A DNA stretch of 15,313 nucleotides from Escherichia coli (GTDB lineage Bacteria > Pseudomonadota > Gammaproteobacteria > Enterobacterales > Enterobacteriaceae): NCBI RefSeq assembly GCF_003334315.1, contig NZ_QOWR01000076.1; one strand, given 5' to 3'. The position numbers and the translations under genes were made by a program. Below, piece by piece: positions 1-12,301 of this stretch. The notes beneath the pieces are model-generated. The model saw only the letters and a program-made list of their open reading frames with translations. It had not been told where the DNA came from and ran no database searches. The stretch's first letter is position 1; each line of letters starts with the position of its first letter.

Positions 1-452
1 CTTTTCAAAAGGGTATTTTGGCTTTGACATATTAGGGGCTATTCCATTTCATCGTCCAACAAAATGGGTGCAGTACAGGGTTGATAGAAATATCTCCTGG
101 GGCTTCATCTTTCCAGACCTCAGAGTAAACCTGAAACCGGAAAGCTTCAGGCACCCGCCGTTATCTTACCCTTCCTCAACAAAATAGCTGTTTATTTATA
201 CAGTGAGTCCTGTTTCGGACTTCTCACTCCTCATTTAATCAACTGAAGCTGAACCCGTTTTTTTCTGCATGACTCAATCGTCAAAATTCTTCGCCACCAG
301 TCAGCACTGCCATAACTTGTCACATTGCAAAAGTAGCCAAATTGCTTCAGGCACCATCAGTTCACCATCACCAAAAAAAAGAAACATTCCAGAACTTCCG
401 CATCTCGCCCAGCCGCTCCGACTTCTATACTGAATAGAAAACGCCAACATAA

Positions 453-1580
<1,128 letters not shown>

Positions 1581-1645
1581 GTCGGGAATTGCCTTACAGA
1601 AGAATATCCCTGACAATGGTGTTTTAACTTACATTTAACAATGTT

Positions 1646-1894
1646 ATGAAACACCCTTTAGAAACCTTGACCACCGCAGCAGGCATTTTGCTGATGGCTT
1701 TCCTCTCTTGCCTGCTGCTTCCCGCCCCCGCATTGGGGCTGACGCTGGCACAAAAACTGGTGAGCACGTTCCATCTGATGGATCTTAGTCAGCTTTACAC
1801 TTTATTGTTTTGTCTGTGGTTTTTAGTGCTGGGCGCTATTGAGTATTTTGTTCTGCGCTTTATCTGGCGACGCTGGTTCTCGCTGGCGGATTAA
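1646..1894 (+). CDS. ybdJ: YbdJ, small inner-membrane protein of unknown function (DUF1158-type)
   Basis: 82-aa ORF, ATG at 1646. Strongly hydrophobic with two predicted transmembrane stretches ([18 protein letters not shown] and [18 protein letters not shown]). Length and position between ybdK and ybdF match E. coli ybdJ. No obvious Shine-Dalgarno upstream. Confidence 0.8.
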
Positions 1895-1958
1895 ACGTCG
1901 ATTATCGCCGTACTTCGCGGCATACTTTGCTTATTCTCCTTCGCCTAAAGGAACGTTT

Positions 1959-2327
1959 ATGGATAAGCAATCACTGCACGAAACGGCGAAACGCCTGGCC
2001 CTTGAGTTACCCTTTGTCGAGCTTTGCTGGCCTTTTGGCCCGGAGTTCGATGTTTTTAAAATTGGCGGCAAGATTTTTATGCTGTCGTCGGAGCTACGCG
2101 GCGTCCCCTTTATCAATCTGAAGTCCGATCCACAAAAATCCCTGTTAAATCAGCAAATATACCCAAGCATTAAGCCAGGGTATCACATGAATAAAAAGCA
2201 CTGGATTTCGGTGTATCCCGGCGAGGAAATCTCCGAAGCGTTACTTCGCGATCTGATCAACGATTCGTGGAATCTGGTGGTTGATGGTCTGGCTAAACGC
2301 GATCAAAAAAGAGTGCGTCCAGGCTAA
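1959..2327 (+). CDS. ybdF: YbdF, small cytoplasmic protein of unknown function (MmcQ/YjbR-like)
   Basis: The track ORF (1839..2327) overlaps the 3' end of ybdJ. I chose the internal in-frame ATG at 1959, which is preceded by AAAGGAA at 1947-1953 and gives a 122-aa product ([42 protein letters not shown]...). Length and synteny match ybdF. Confidence 0.8.
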
Positions 2328-2420
2328 AGCGGAAATCTATAGCGCATTTTTCTCGCTTACCATTTCTCGTTGAACCTTGTAATCTGCTGGCACGCAAAAT
2401 TACTTTCACATGGAGTCTTT

Positions 2421-3074
2421 ATGGATATCATTTCTGTCGCCTTAAAGCGTCATTCCACTAAGGCATTTGATGCCAGTAAAAAACTTACCCCGGAACAGGC
2501 CGAGCAGATCAAAACTCTCCTGCAATACAGCCCATCCAGCACCAACTCCCAGCCGTGGCATTTTATTGTTGCCAGCACGGAAGAAGGTAAAGCGCGTGTT
2601 GCCAAATCCGCTGCCGGTAATTATGTGTTCAACGAACGTAAAATACTTGATGCCTCGCACGTCGTGGTGTTCTGTGCAAAAACCGCGATGGACGATGCCT
2701 GGCTGAAGCTGGTTGTTGACCAGGAAGATGCTGATGGCCGCTTTGCCACGCCGGAAGCGAAAGCCGCGAACGATAAAGGTCGCAAGTTCTTCGCTGATAT
2801 GCACCGTAAAGATCTGCATGATGATGCAGAGTGGATGGCAAAACAGGTTTATCTCAACGTCGGTAACTTCCTGCTCGGCGTGGCGGCGCTGGGTCTGGAC
2901 GCGGTACCCATCGAAGGTTTTGACGCCGCCATCCTCGATGCAGAATTTGGTCTGAAAGAGAAAGGCTACACCAGTCTGGTGGTTGTTCCGGTAGGTCATC
3001 ACAGCGTTGAAGATTTTAACGCTACGCTGCCGAAATCACGTCTGCCGCAAAACATCACCTTAACCGAAGTGTAA
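2421..3074 (+). CDS. nfsB: NfsB, oxygen-insensitive NAD(P)H nitroreductase / dihydropteridine reductase
   Basis: In-frame ATG at 2421 preceded by GGAG at 2412-2415, giving a 217-aa product ([52 protein letters not shown]...). This matches my recollection of E. coli NfsB (nitroreductase fold). The track's upstream TTG start at 2370 has no ribosome-binding site and was rejected. Confidence 0.92.
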   Translation: MDIISVALKRHSTKAFDASKKLTPEQAEQIKTLLQYSPSSTNSQPWHFIVASTEEGKARVAKSAAGNYVFNERKILDASHVVVFCAKTAMDDAWLKLVVDQEDADGRFATPEAKAANDKGRKFFADMHRKDLHDDAEWMAKQVYLNVGNFLLGVAALGLDAVPIEGFDAAILDAEFGLKEKGYTSLVVVPVGHHSVEDFNATLPKSRLPQNITLTEV

Positions 3075-3083
3075 TTCTCTCTT

Positions 3084-3108
3084 GCCGGGCATCTGCCCGG
3101 CTATTTCC
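3084..3108 (+). terminator. Probable intrinsic terminator downstream of nfsB
   Basis: Perfect GC-rich hairpin GCCGGGC-ATCT-GCCCGGC (3084..3101), 10 nt after the nfsB TAA stop, followed by a T-rich run (TATTTCCCC). Confidence 0.55.
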
Positions 3109-3133
3109 CCTCAGATTCTCCTGATTTGCATAA

Positions 3134-4429
<1,296 letters not shown>

Positions 4430-4438
4430 TTAAAAAAA

Positions 4439-4465
4439 CCGCTCTCATCGAATGGATGAGAGCGG
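4439..4465. terminator. Bidirectional intrinsic terminator between convergent ybdG and pheP
   Basis: 11-bp perfect stem CCGCTCTCATC / GATGAGAGCGG with a 5-nt loop (4439..4465). An A7 run at 4432-4438 gives a U7 tail for the minus-strand (pheP) transcript; GTTTTG at 4471-4476 gives a weaker tail for the plus-strand (ybdG) transcript. Confidence 0.7.
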
Positions 4466-4496
4466 ACATCGTTTTGTCGGATGTAGCGTGAATGCC

Positions 4497-5873
4497 TTAT
4501 TTCCGACGCAGCGTTTTAAATGCCACAAACAGGAATACAATCCACACCGGCAGCAGGATCGCTGACAAGCGCATATCATCCATCGTGCACATCAGCAGCA
4601 AAATCATGCCGAGGAAGGCGATGCAAAGATAGTTGCCGAACGGATAAAGCAGCGCCTTAAACTGTGTTTCACGCCCCTGACGTCGCATCGCTGCACGAAA
4701 ACGCAGATGCGCCAGACAAATCATAATCCAGTTCAACAGCAGCGTTGCTACCACCAGCGCCATCAGCAGACCAAACGCTTTATGCGGCAGCAGATAGTTG
4801 ATTAACACCACCAGCGAAGTGATCGCTCCGGAAAGCATCAGCGAGTTAATCGGCACACCGCGACGGCTGACGCGAGTCAAAAACTTCGGCGCATTACCCT
4901 GCACAGAAAGGCCAAACAGCATGCGGCTGTTAGAGTAAACCCCGCTATTATACACTGACAGCGATGCTACCAGAATGACGAAGTTCAGCGCAGAAGCTAC
5001 CACGTTGCTGTCGAGATTATGGAAAATCATCACAAACGGGCTACTGTTGGATTTCACTTCCATCCACGGATAGAGCGCCAGTAAAACCACCAGTGAACCG
5101 ATGTAAAACAGCAGGATGCGATACACCACCTGATTTACCGCTTTTGGAATGCTTTTTTCCGGATCGCGCGCTTCAGCGGCAGTAATCCCAATCAGCTCCA
5201 GACCGCCGAAGGAGAACATAATTACCGCCAGCGACAAAATCAGCCCATTCCAGCCGGTGACGAAGAAACCACCGTAGCGCCAGAGGTTGTCGATACTGGC
5301 TTTCTCGCCGCCGTGACCAGAAAACAGCAGCCACAGGCCAAAGCCGATCATACCGATGATCGCCAGCACTTTAATCAGCGCAAACCAGAACTCGGTTTCG
5401 CCATATAAGCGCACGTTCACCAGGTTAACGGCGTTGATGATAATAAAGAAGGCGGCAGCCCAAATCCACGTTGGAACATCCGGGAACCAGTACTGCATAT
5501 AGATGCCCGCAGCGGTCAGCTCTGCCATTCCCACCAGCACGAACATTACCCAGTAGTTCCAGCCAGAGAGGAAGCCCGCAAACGGTCCCCAGTATTTATA
5601 GGCAAAGTGGGCAAATGAACCGGATACCGGCTCCTCAACCACCATTTCGCCAAGCTGGCGCATAATCAGGAAAGCGATGATCCCGGCGACGCCGTAGCCC
5701 AGCAATACAGCCGGACCCGCCATCTGAATCGCCGGGCCAATGCCAAGAAACAGACCAGTACCAATTGCGCCACCCAACGCAATCAGTTGAATATGACGGT
5801 TATGTAATCCGCGATGAAGCGTCGGCTCTTGATTCGACGCAGTATCTTCCGATACGGTTGACGCGTTTTTCAC
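4497..5873 (-). CDS. pheP: PheP, phenylalanine-specific permease (APC-family amino acid transporter)
   Basis: Minus-strand ORF. I chose the GTG start at 5873, preceded on the minus strand by CAGGGGAAAGGC, giving a 458-aa product (MKNASTVSEDTASNQEPTLHRGLHNRHIQLIALGGAIGTGLFLG...). Polytopic membrane protein that matches my recollection of E. coli PheP. The track's longer ORF (to 5909) starts at a non-canonical codon. Confidence 0.9.
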   Translation of the reverse strand: MKNASTVSEDTASNQEPTLHRGLHNRHIQLIALGGAIGTGLFLGIGPAIQMAGPAVLLGYGVAGIIAFLIMRQLGEMVVEEPVSGSFAHFAYKYWGPFAGFLSGWNYWVMFVLVGMAELTAAGIYMQYWFPDVPTWIWAAAFFIIINAVNLVNVRLYGETEFWFALIKVLAIIGMIGFGLWLLFSGHGGEKASIDNLWRYGGFFVTGWNGLILSLAVIMFSFGGLELIGITAAEARDPEKSIPKAVNQVVYRILLFYIGSLVVLLALYPWMEVKSNSSPFVMIFHNLDSNVVASALNFVILVASLSVYNSGVYSNSRMLFGLSVQGNAPKFLTRVSRRGVPINSLMLSGAITSLVVLINYLLPHKAFGLLMALVVATLLLNWIMICLAHLRFRAAMRRQGRETQFKALLYPFGNYLCIAFLGMILLLMCTMDDMRLSAILLPVWIVFLFVAFKTLRRK

Positions 5874-5974
5874 GCCTTTCCCCTGTGTGTCTTTTTTGTT
5901 GAGGGGCACCTTTTAACATTTAGTGCCCATCGTCGCAAGACACAATCCACACGGTTAAACGGGGTATCCTGCTT

Positions 5975-8900
5975 TTATTTCCGTACCCGATGTCGGTGCA
6001 GCCACATCAGCTTATACGCCGCCGGGATAATAAACAGCGACAGCAAAGGTGCGGTGATCATGCCGCCAATCATCGGCGCGGCAATCCGGCTCATCACCTC
6101 TGAACCAGCCCCCGTTCCCCACAGAATCGGCAGCAGACCGGCGATAATCACCGCCACCGTCATCGCTTTCGGGCGCACGCGCAGGACCGCGCCGTGATAT
6201 AACGCCTCATCCAGCTTCTGCTCGCTGAATGTTTGTGGATTATTCAACGACGGCACGGCCTCTATGGCGTGACGTAAATACATCAGCATCACCACGCCAA
6301 ATTCGGCGGCGACCCCGGCGAGGGCGATAAAGCCAGTGCCCGTCGCCACGGAAAGATGAAAGCCCATCCACCACAGCAACCAGATGCCGCCCACCAGCGC
6401 AAACGGTACGCTGCTGATAATCAGCAACGCTTCGCCCACCCGACGGAACGCCAGATACAACAGCACGAAGATAATCATCAACGTCATCGGCACCATGAGT
6501 TTAAGCTTATGGTTGGCGCGCTCCAGTAGCTCGAACTGCCCGGAGAATGCCACGCTGGTGCCCGGTTTTAACTGCACTTTTTCAGCTATCGCTTTTTGCA
6601 AATCGTGAACCACCGACACCATGTCACGATCGCGGGCATCGATATAAATCCAGCTCGTCGGGCGCGCATTCTCGGTTTTCAGCATCGACGGTCCGGTAGA
6701 GACTTTAATGTCGGCCACGTCTGCCAGGGTGATTTGCTGCTTCATCGGCGTCAGGATCGGCAGCTGGCGCAGTGCCTGCGGACTATCGCGCCAGCTTTGC
6801 GGATAACGCAGATTAATTGGATAACGGGCAATCCCTTCCACCGTTTCGCCAACCATCGCCCCGCCCACCGCAGAAGTCACAAACAACTGCACATCCGCCA
6901 CCGTCATACCGTAACGTGCGGCTTTTTCACGGTTAATCTCAACGTTGATATAGCGCCCACCTTCCAGCCGCTCGGCAAGCGCAGAAGCTACGCCTGGCAC
7001 CGTTCGCGCTACTTCTTCAATTTGCTCAGCCATCGCGTCGATATCCGCCAGCACAGTGCCGGAAACTTTAATGCCGATGGGGCTTTTAATGCCGGTTGAG
7101 AGCATATCGATACGGTTACGAATTGGCGGCACCCACAGATTCGCCAGCCCCGGCAGCCGCACGGTGTTATCCAGTTCCTCAATGATTTTGTCCATCGTCA
7201 TGCCTGGCCGCCACTGCTCCTGCGGCTTAAGCTGGATGGTCGTTTCTACCATCTCCAGCGGAGCAGAATCGGTGGCGGTTTCCGCTTTCCCGGTTTTGCC
7301 AAATACCCGCGCCACTTCAGGTACGCTCATAATTAGCTTGTCGGTTTTTTGCAGCATACTCGCCGCCTCTGCTGCGGAAATCCCCGGCAGCGTCGATGGC
7401 ATATACAACAAGTCGCCTTCATTGATCTGCGGTAAAAATTCCCCGCCAACTTTATTGAGCGGCCAGAGAACCGTCAGCACCGAAAGCGCCGCCACCAGCA
7501 GCGTGGTTTTCGGCCAGTGCAGTACTTTCAGCAACAGCGGATGATAAACACGAATCAAAAAGCGATTGAGCGGGTTACTGCTTTCCGGCGGAATTTTGCC
7601 ACGGATCCAGTAGCCCATCAGGATCGGGATCACTACGATCGCCAGCAGCGCCGCACCCGCCATCGCATACGTTTTGGTGAACGCCAACGGGCCAAACAGA
7701 CGCCCTTCCTGCCCTTCCAGGGTGAAGATCGGGATAAACGACAACGTGATAATCAGCAGACTGATAAATAGCGCCGGCCCCACTTCAACAGACGCATCGG
7801 TGATCACCTGCCAGCGCGTTTTATTATCCAGCGTGGCGTCAGGATGCTGGTGCTGCCACTCTTCCAGCCGTTTATGCGCATTCTCGATCATGACGATAGC
7901 AGCATCGACCATCGCCCCGACGGCAATCGCAATGCCACCCAACGACATAATATTGGCATTCAGTCCCTGGAAGTGCATGACAATAAAAGCAATACACAAC
8001 CCCAGCGGCAACGAAATAATCGCCACCAGCGCCGAGCGCACATGCCAGAGAAACAGCGCACAGACTACCGCCACCACAATAAACTCTTCCAGCAACTTGC
8101 CGCTGAGGTTGTCGATGGCGCGGTCAATGAGCTGGCTGCGATCGTATGTTGTAACTATCTCCACGCCTTCCGGCAGACTACTTTTCAGCGTTTCCAGTTT
8201 GTCCTTCACGGCGGCGATCACTTCTCGGGCGTTTTTGCCGGATCGCAGGATCACCACCCCGCCCGCCACTTCGCCTTCGCTGTTTAGTTCGGCAATGCCC
8301 CGGCGCATCTCCGGGCCAATCTGGACCTTCGCAACATCGCGCAGATAAACGGGCACGCCATTTTCACTGGCTTTTAAAACGATGTGATTAAAGTCGTCGA
8401 GCGTTTGCAGATAGCCGCTGGCGCGCACCATATATTCCGCTTCCGCCAGTTCGATCGACGAACCGCCCGCTTCCTGGTTTGAAGCATCCAGCGCGCTTTT
8501 TACTTCGGCGAGACTGATGCCATACTGCGCCAGGCGCTGGGGATCGATAACCACCTGATACTCTTTCACCACACCACCCACCGACGCCACTTCCGCAACG
8601 TCAGGGATGGTTTTCAGCTCATATTTGAGAAACCAGTCCTGTAATGAGCGTAAATCGGCCAGATCGTGCTTACCGCTGCGATCCACCAGTGCATATTCAT
8701 AGATCCAGCCAACACCCGTGGCATCTGGCCCCAGCTCGGCGCTGACTCCCGCAGGCAGCTTACCCTGTACCTGGTTGAGGTACTCCAGCACCCGCGAACG
8801 CGCCCAGTACGGATCGGTGCCATCTTCGAAAATGACATACACATAAGAGTCGCCAAACTGTGAGAAACCGCGCACAGTCTTCGCGCCAGGCACCGACAAC

Positions 8901-9118
8901 ATGGTGGTGGTTAGCGGATAAGTCACCTGATTTTCAACGATTTGTGGTGCCTGACCGGGATAGCTGGTTTTAATAATAACCTGCACATCGGAGAGATCCG
9001 GCAGCGCATCCACTGGCGTATTAATGATGGTCCAGGTGCCCCAGATGCTCAGAAACAACGCGCCCATCAGCACCAAAAAACGGTTCGCCACCGAGCGACG
9101 AATAATCCATTCAATCAT
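5975..9118 (-). CDS. cusA: CusA, RND-family inner-membrane Cu(I)/Ag(I) efflux pump
   Basis: 1047-aa ORF with typical RND architecture (12 transmembrane helices, two large periplasmic loops). The translation ([50 protein letters not shown]...) matches my recollection of E. coli CusA at full length. On the minus strand it starts 11 nt after the cusB stop, preceded by GGGA. Confidence 0.95.
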   Translation of the reverse strand: MIEWIIRRSVANRFLVLMGALFLSIWGTWTIINTPVDALPDLSDVQVIIKTSYPGQAPQIVENQVTYPLTTTMLSVPGAKTVRGFSQFGDSYVYVIFEDGTDPYWARSRVLEYLNQVQGKLPAGVSAELGPDATGVGWIYEYALVDRSGKHDLADLRSLQDWFLKYELKTIPDVAEVASVGGVVKEYQVVIDPQRLAQYGISLAEVKSALDASNQEAGGSSIELAEAEYMVRASGYLQTLDDFNHIVLKASENGVPVYLRDVAKVQIGPEMRRGIAELNSEGEVAGGVVILRSGKNAREVIAAVKDKLETLKSSLPEGVEIVTTYDRSQLIDRAIDNLSGKLLEEFIVVAVVCALFLWHVRSALVAIISLPLGLCIAFIVMHFQGLNANIMSLGGIAIAVGAMVDAAIVMIENAHKRLEEWQHQHPDATLDNKTRWQVITDASVEVGPALFISLLIITLSFIPIFTLEGQEGRLFGPLAFTKTYAMAGAALLAIVVIPILMGYWIRGKIPPESSNPLNRFLIRVYHPLLLKVLHWPKTTLLVAALSVLTVLWPLNKVGGEFLPQINEGDLLYMPSTLPGISAAEAASMLQKTDKLIMSVPEVARVFGKTGKAETATDSAPLEMVETTIQLKPQEQWRPGMTMDKIIEELDNTVRLPGLANLWVPPIRNRIDMLSTGIKSPIGIKVSGTVLADIDAMAEQIEEVARTVPGVASALAERLEGGRYINVEINREKAARYGMTVADVQLFVTSAVGGAMVGETVEGIARYPINLRYPQSWRDSPQALRQLPILTPMKQQITLADVADIKVSTGPSMLKTENARPTSWIYIDARDRDMVSVVHDLQKAIAEKVQLKPGTSVAFSGQFELLERANHKLKLMVPMTLMIIFVLLYLAFRRVGEALLIISSVPFALVGGIWLLWWMGFHLSVATGTGFIALAGVAAEFGVVMLMYLRHAIEAVPSLNNPQTFSEQKLDEALYHGAVLRVRPKAMTVAVIIAGLLPILWGTGAGSEVMSRIAAPMIGGMITAPLLSLFIIPAAYKLMWLHRHRVRK

Positions 9119-9129
9119 TGGTTATTCCC

Positions 9130-10353
9130 TCAATGCGCATGGGTAGCACTTTCAGAGCGCATCCGCTCCAGTGCGCCAGAAATATTGGCTTCGGAATCAA
9201 TCAGGAACAGGCCGCTGGAAACCACCTTTTCACCTTCCGCCAGACCAGAGCGTAATGCGGTGACGCCTTGCGATGCCTGGAAAACAGCAACGCGTTTCGG
9301 TACAAAGCGCCCGTCGGCATCAACGGTAATCACCCGCTGTTCGCTGCCGGTATCAATCAGCGCTTGTGACGGAATGAGCAGCATCGGTTCGCTGGCGGTG
9401 TTGAGTTGCAACCAGGCGTTCATGCCCGGTTTTAGCGCCTCGTCGGCGTTGTCGACTTCCAGACGCAGCTGCAGCGTGCGGGTCGCGGCATCCACGCCAG
9501 GTAGCAGCGTCCATTTGCGGATGGTGAGTGTTTTATCCGGTCGCGCCGGAACGGTGAGGGTAAACTGCGAGGCATCTTTCACCAGCCAGGCGATAGACTC
9601 CGGGATCGCAGCAGTGACCCACACCGGGTCCATACCCTGAATTTTCGCTACCACGTTATCTTTGGCGATATTCATTCCCGCGCGCAGATCAAACGCGGTG
9701 ATCACGCCATCAATGGGCGCTTTGAGCGTAAAGCGAGTCTGGATTTTTTGCGTGGCGATCAGGCGGCGAATATCCGCCTCCGGCATTCCCGCCAGTCGCA
9801 GCCGCTCAAGAATGCCTTCAGTCTGGGTCGCCGTACCGCCGGTTTCGCGCAGCAGTAAATACTCACTCTGCGCTTCCACCCAGTCAGGAATGGTCAGGTC
9901 GAGAAGCGGTGTGCCCTTTTGTACTTTATCGCCCACGGTAAGCGGATACACCTTGTCGATAAACCCGGCAGCGCGAGCCTGCACAATGGCATACTGATAC
10001 TCGTTGTAACTGACATTCGCCGGGAAACTCTGGGCAAAAGTCAGCGGTCCGCGCGTGACGGTAGCCGTTTTCACCCCCAGATTCTGCGTCTGAGTCGGGT
10101 CAATGCGCACACCAGACGCAGAACTCTCTTCATCGGCATATTTCGGCACCAGATCCATATCCATAAACGGCGATTTACCTGGTTTATCGAACCGCGTATT
10201 GGGATACATTAGGTCGTACCAGAATAAGATTTTACGTTCTGCGGTCGACGTTTTTTCTGCAGGCGGTTCCGCCTTTGCAACCCAGGTAAAACCTGCCGCA
10301 GAAATAATACCGCCCGCGATCATGCTGCCGATAATAAGCGCGATTTTTTTCAT
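9130..10353 (-). CDS. cusB: CusB, periplasmic membrane-fusion adaptor of the Cus efflux system
   Basis: 407-aa ORF with an N-terminal signal/anchor (MKKIALIIGSMIAGGIISAAGF). The N-terminal metal-binding methionines are visible in LMYPNTRFDKPGKSPFMDMDL. Correct size and position between cusF and cusA. Confidence 0.95.
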   Translation of the reverse strand: MKKIALIIGSMIAGGIISAAGFTWVAKAEPPAEKTSTAERKILFWYDLMYPNTRFDKPGKSPFMDMDLVPKYADEESSASGVRIDPTQTQNLGVKTATVTRGPLTFAQSFPANVSYNEYQYAIVQARAAGFIDKVYPLTVGDKVQKGTPLLDLTIPDWVEAQSEYLLLRETGGTATQTEGILERLRLAGMPEADIRRLIATQKIQTRFTLKAPIDGVITAFDLRAGMNIAKDNVVAKIQGMDPVWVTAAIPESIAWLVKDASQFTLTVPARPDKTLTIRKWTLLPGVDAATRTLQLRLEVDNADEALKPGMNAWLQLNTASEPMLLIPSQALIDTGSEQRVITVDADGRFVPKRVAVFQASQGVTALRSGLAEGEKVVSSGLFLIDSEANISGALERMRSESATHAH

Positions 10354-10368
10354 CTCATTAAACCTGGG

Positions 10369-10701
10369 TTACTGGCTGACTTTAATATCCTGTAATAAAG
10401 AAAGGTTGCCCTGCTGGACAAAATTAAACGCCACTTTGTCGCCGGTTTTAATTTCACTCATTTTCGTCTGCGGGGTGATGGTAAAGCGCATGGTCATCTC
10501 CGGCCAGTTCACAGCAGCAATCGGATCGTGATGGATGGTGATTTTTTTGCTTTCCAGATCAATACCCTTTACCTCGCCAGTGGCACTAATAACCTGTGGT
10601 TGTGCTTCGCTCATGGTTTCATGATGATGTTCGTTAGCCTGGGCATTAAAGCCAATAACGGTAAACAGACTGAACATTGCGACTTGCAGTGCTTTTTTCA
10701 T
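10369..10701 (-). CDS. cusF: CusF, periplasmic Cu(I)/Ag(I) metallochaperone
   Basis: 110-aa ORF with a signal peptide (MKKALQVAMFSLFTVIGFNAQA). The His/Trp/Met-x-Met ligand cluster is visible in ITIHHDPIAAVNWPEMTMRF. Good AGGAGAG Shine-Dalgarno on the minus strand just upstream of the ATG. Confidence 0.95.
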   Translation of the reverse strand: MKKALQVAMFSLFTVIGFNAQANEHHHETMSEAQPQVISATGEVKGIDLESKKITIHHDPIAAVNWPEMTMRFTITPQTKMSEIKTGDKVAFNFVQQGNLSLLQDIKVSQ

Positions 10702-10719
10702 TTATTCTCTCCTGGAGTT

Positions 10720-10855
10720 AAAAGTCATACTCTAAATAATTCGAGTTGCAGGAAGGCGACAAGCGAGTGAATCCCCAGGAGCTTACATAAGTAAGTGACT
10801 GGGGTGAGCGAACGCAGACGCAGCACATGCAACTTGAAGTATGACGAGTATATTG
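10720..10855. repeat. ERIC (enterobacterial repetitive intergenic consensus) element in the cusC-cusF spacer
   Basis: The core contains exact matches to both classical ERIC primer sites: GTGAATCCCCAGGAGCTTACAT at 10767..10788 (reverse complement of ERIC1R) and AAGTAAGTGACTGGGGTGAGCG at 10789..10810 (ERIC2). Imperfect palindromic arms flank it (GTCATAC at 10724-10730, GTATGAC at 10839-10845). The outer boundaries are approximate. Confidence 0.85.
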
Positions 10856-10858
10856 CTG

Positions 10859-12232
10859 TCAACCGCCACCAAGTGCGGTATACAAAGAAATTTCGTTAAC
10901 CTGACGGGCATAATTCAGGTCGAGTAAAGTTTGTCGGGTTGCAAATAAAGAACGCTCGGCATCCAGCACTTCCAGATAACTTACTGCGCCGTGCTGATAT
11001 AATGCCCGCGCCCGTTGCAAAGTAATTTGCAGCGATGCCAGATAACGCTGCTGGGCGCTAATTTGATCGTTCAGGCTTTGACGTAATGCCAGCGCATCTG
11101 CCACTTCTTTAAAGGCGTTCTGGATTTTCTGTTCATAATTCACCACCGACTGCTGCTGGCGAATTTCGGCGATATCCAGATTGGCCTGGTTGCGTCCGGC
11201 ATTAAAAATGGGGATCTCAATTTTGGGTATAAAATTCCACATCCCGCTGCTGGCGTTAAATAATGACGATAGATCGCTACTGGCGGTCGATATTCCGCTG
11301 GTCAGGCTTATAGACGGAAAAAATGCCGCGCGTGCAGCGCCAATATTGGCATTAGCCGCCATTAACGCGTGTTCAGCTTCCATAATATCCGGGCGCTGCA
11401 ATAAGATTTGCGACGACAATCCCGCCGGTAATTTAACGCTTTGCAGGCTGTCGCTGTTTACTGTCTGCGCTTGCGGCAGCTTGCCGTAGCTTCCCAATAA
11501 CAGTTGCAATGCATTATTCGCCTGCGCCAGTTCCCCCTGACGTTTAGCGATGTCGCTGCGGGTACTTTCAATCACCCCGCGAGCCTGTTCCAGCGCCAGA
11601 ACATTACTGCTACCTGTCAACAGTTGTTTTTCGACAAACGCATATGACTGCTGATAATTACGCAGCGTTTCTTCGGCTATTTGCAATTGCGCATACGCTA
11701 GCTGCTGATTGAAATAACTTTGCGCGACATTAGAAACCAGCAAAATATGCACCGCGCGCTGGGCTTCCTCAGTGGCTAAATAATTTTGGCGCTCGGCTTC
11801 GCTCATGTTCTTTAAGCGACCGAAAAAATCGAGGTCAAAGCTGGCGTTAAGGCCGGTCGAAAACTCCCGTGTCGTGGCGGTATTCCCTTTAAGATTACCG
11901 CTCCAGCTGCCGCTGCCCTCGCCATTGAGCTGTGGGTAGCGGTCGGCATCGGTCAGACGATATTGCGCCCGTGCCTCCTGCACTTTCAGCGTCGCCATGC
12001 GCAAATCCCGATTATTCACCAGCGCCTCGCTAATCAGCGTCTTCACCTGATTATCAACAAAAAAGGTGCGCCAGCCCGCGTTCTGATAGTTATCTGCTGC
12101 GTTAACCAGGCCGTTCTGGCTGAGTGAGAACTGCTGCGGCACGGGCATTGCCGGACGCTGATAATCCGGTGCCAGTGAACAACCGGTTAGCGCAAGGGCC
12201 ACACAAAATGGCAGAAGTTTACAAGGAGACAT
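10859..12232 (-). CDS. cusC: CusC, outer-membrane channel lipoprotein of the Cus efflux system (TolC-like)
   Basis: 457-aa ORF with a lipoprotein signal and lipobox (MSPCKLLPFCVALALTGCSLAP). Outer-membrane-factor family sequence, divergent from cusR and first gene of the cusCFBA operon. Confidence 0.95.
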   Translation of the reverse strand: MSPCKLLPFCVALALTGCSLAPDYQRPAMPVPQQFSLSQNGLVNAADNYQNAGWRTFFVDNQVKTLISEALVNNRDLRMATLKVQEARAQYRLTDADRYPQLNGEGSGSWSGNLKGNTATTREFSTGLNASFDLDFFGRLKNMSEAERQNYLATEEAQRAVHILLVSNVAQSYFNQQLAYAQLQIAEETLRNYQQSYAFVEKQLLTGSSNVLALEQARGVIESTRSDIAKRQGELAQANNALQLLLGSYGKLPQAQTVNSDSLQSVKLPAGLSSQILLQRPDIMEAEHALMAANANIGAARAAFFPSISLTSGISTASSDLSSLFNASSGMWNFIPKIEIPIFNAGRNQANLDIAEIRQQQSVVNYEQKIQNAFKEVADALALRQSLNDQISAQQRYLASLQITLQRARALYQHGAVSYLEVLDAERSLFATRQTLLDLNYARQVNEISLYTALGGG

Positions 12233-12301
12233 AGGCTCATAATTTCTGGTGATTTTATACCGCCAACTTTACTCGCCAGGCTCTGATTTTCCGGTGACAG
12301 G

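Noticed and set aside
1839-2327. 162-aa extended version of the ybdF ORF starting at 1839, and ORFs 1927..2121 (+) and 1931..2116 (-)
   Set aside because: The extended start overlaps the last 56 nt of ybdJ and has no Shine-Dalgarno, whereas the ATG at 1959 has AAAGGAA upstream and gives the expected 122-aa protein. The other two are out-of-frame or antisense overlaps of ybdF.
2328-2420. MarA/SoxS marbox upstream of nfsB
   Set aside because: nfsB is reported to belong to the mar/sox regulon, but my attempt to align the 20-bp marbox consensus around GGCACGCAAAATTAC (about 2388-2402) gave too many mismatches to call a site by eye.
2442-3002. ORFs 2442..3002 (-), 2467..2706 (+), 2629..2841 (-) and 2713..2955 (+) inside nfsB
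   Set aside because: Alternative-frame or antisense ORFs within the nitroreductase gene; the nfsB frame is the one that matches a known protein.
5471-5665. ORF 5471..5665 (+) antisense to pheP
   Set aside because: Pro/Ser/Arg-rich antisense translation inside a well-supported membrane transporter gene.
6384-9640. Plus-strand ORFs antisense to cusA/cusB (6384..6608, 6596..7099, 7056..7544, 7517..7771, 7674..8348, 7844..8287, 8666..8863, 8942..9640) and the minus-strand ORF 8614..8856
   Set aside because: High-GC coding sequence generates long antisense open frames. The translations are Arg/His/Ser-rich, with no start-site context and no resemblance to any protein I know; the RND pump frame accounts for the region.
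9662-10770. ORFs 9662..9997, 9919..10212, 10103..10531 and 10528..10770 (+) antisense to cusB/cusF
   Set aside because: Antisense or overlapping frames within confirmed cusB and cusF; no supporting features.
11181-11489. ORF 11181..11489 (+) antisense to cusC
   Set aside because: Lies wholly inside cusC on the opposite strand, with no ribosome-binding site.
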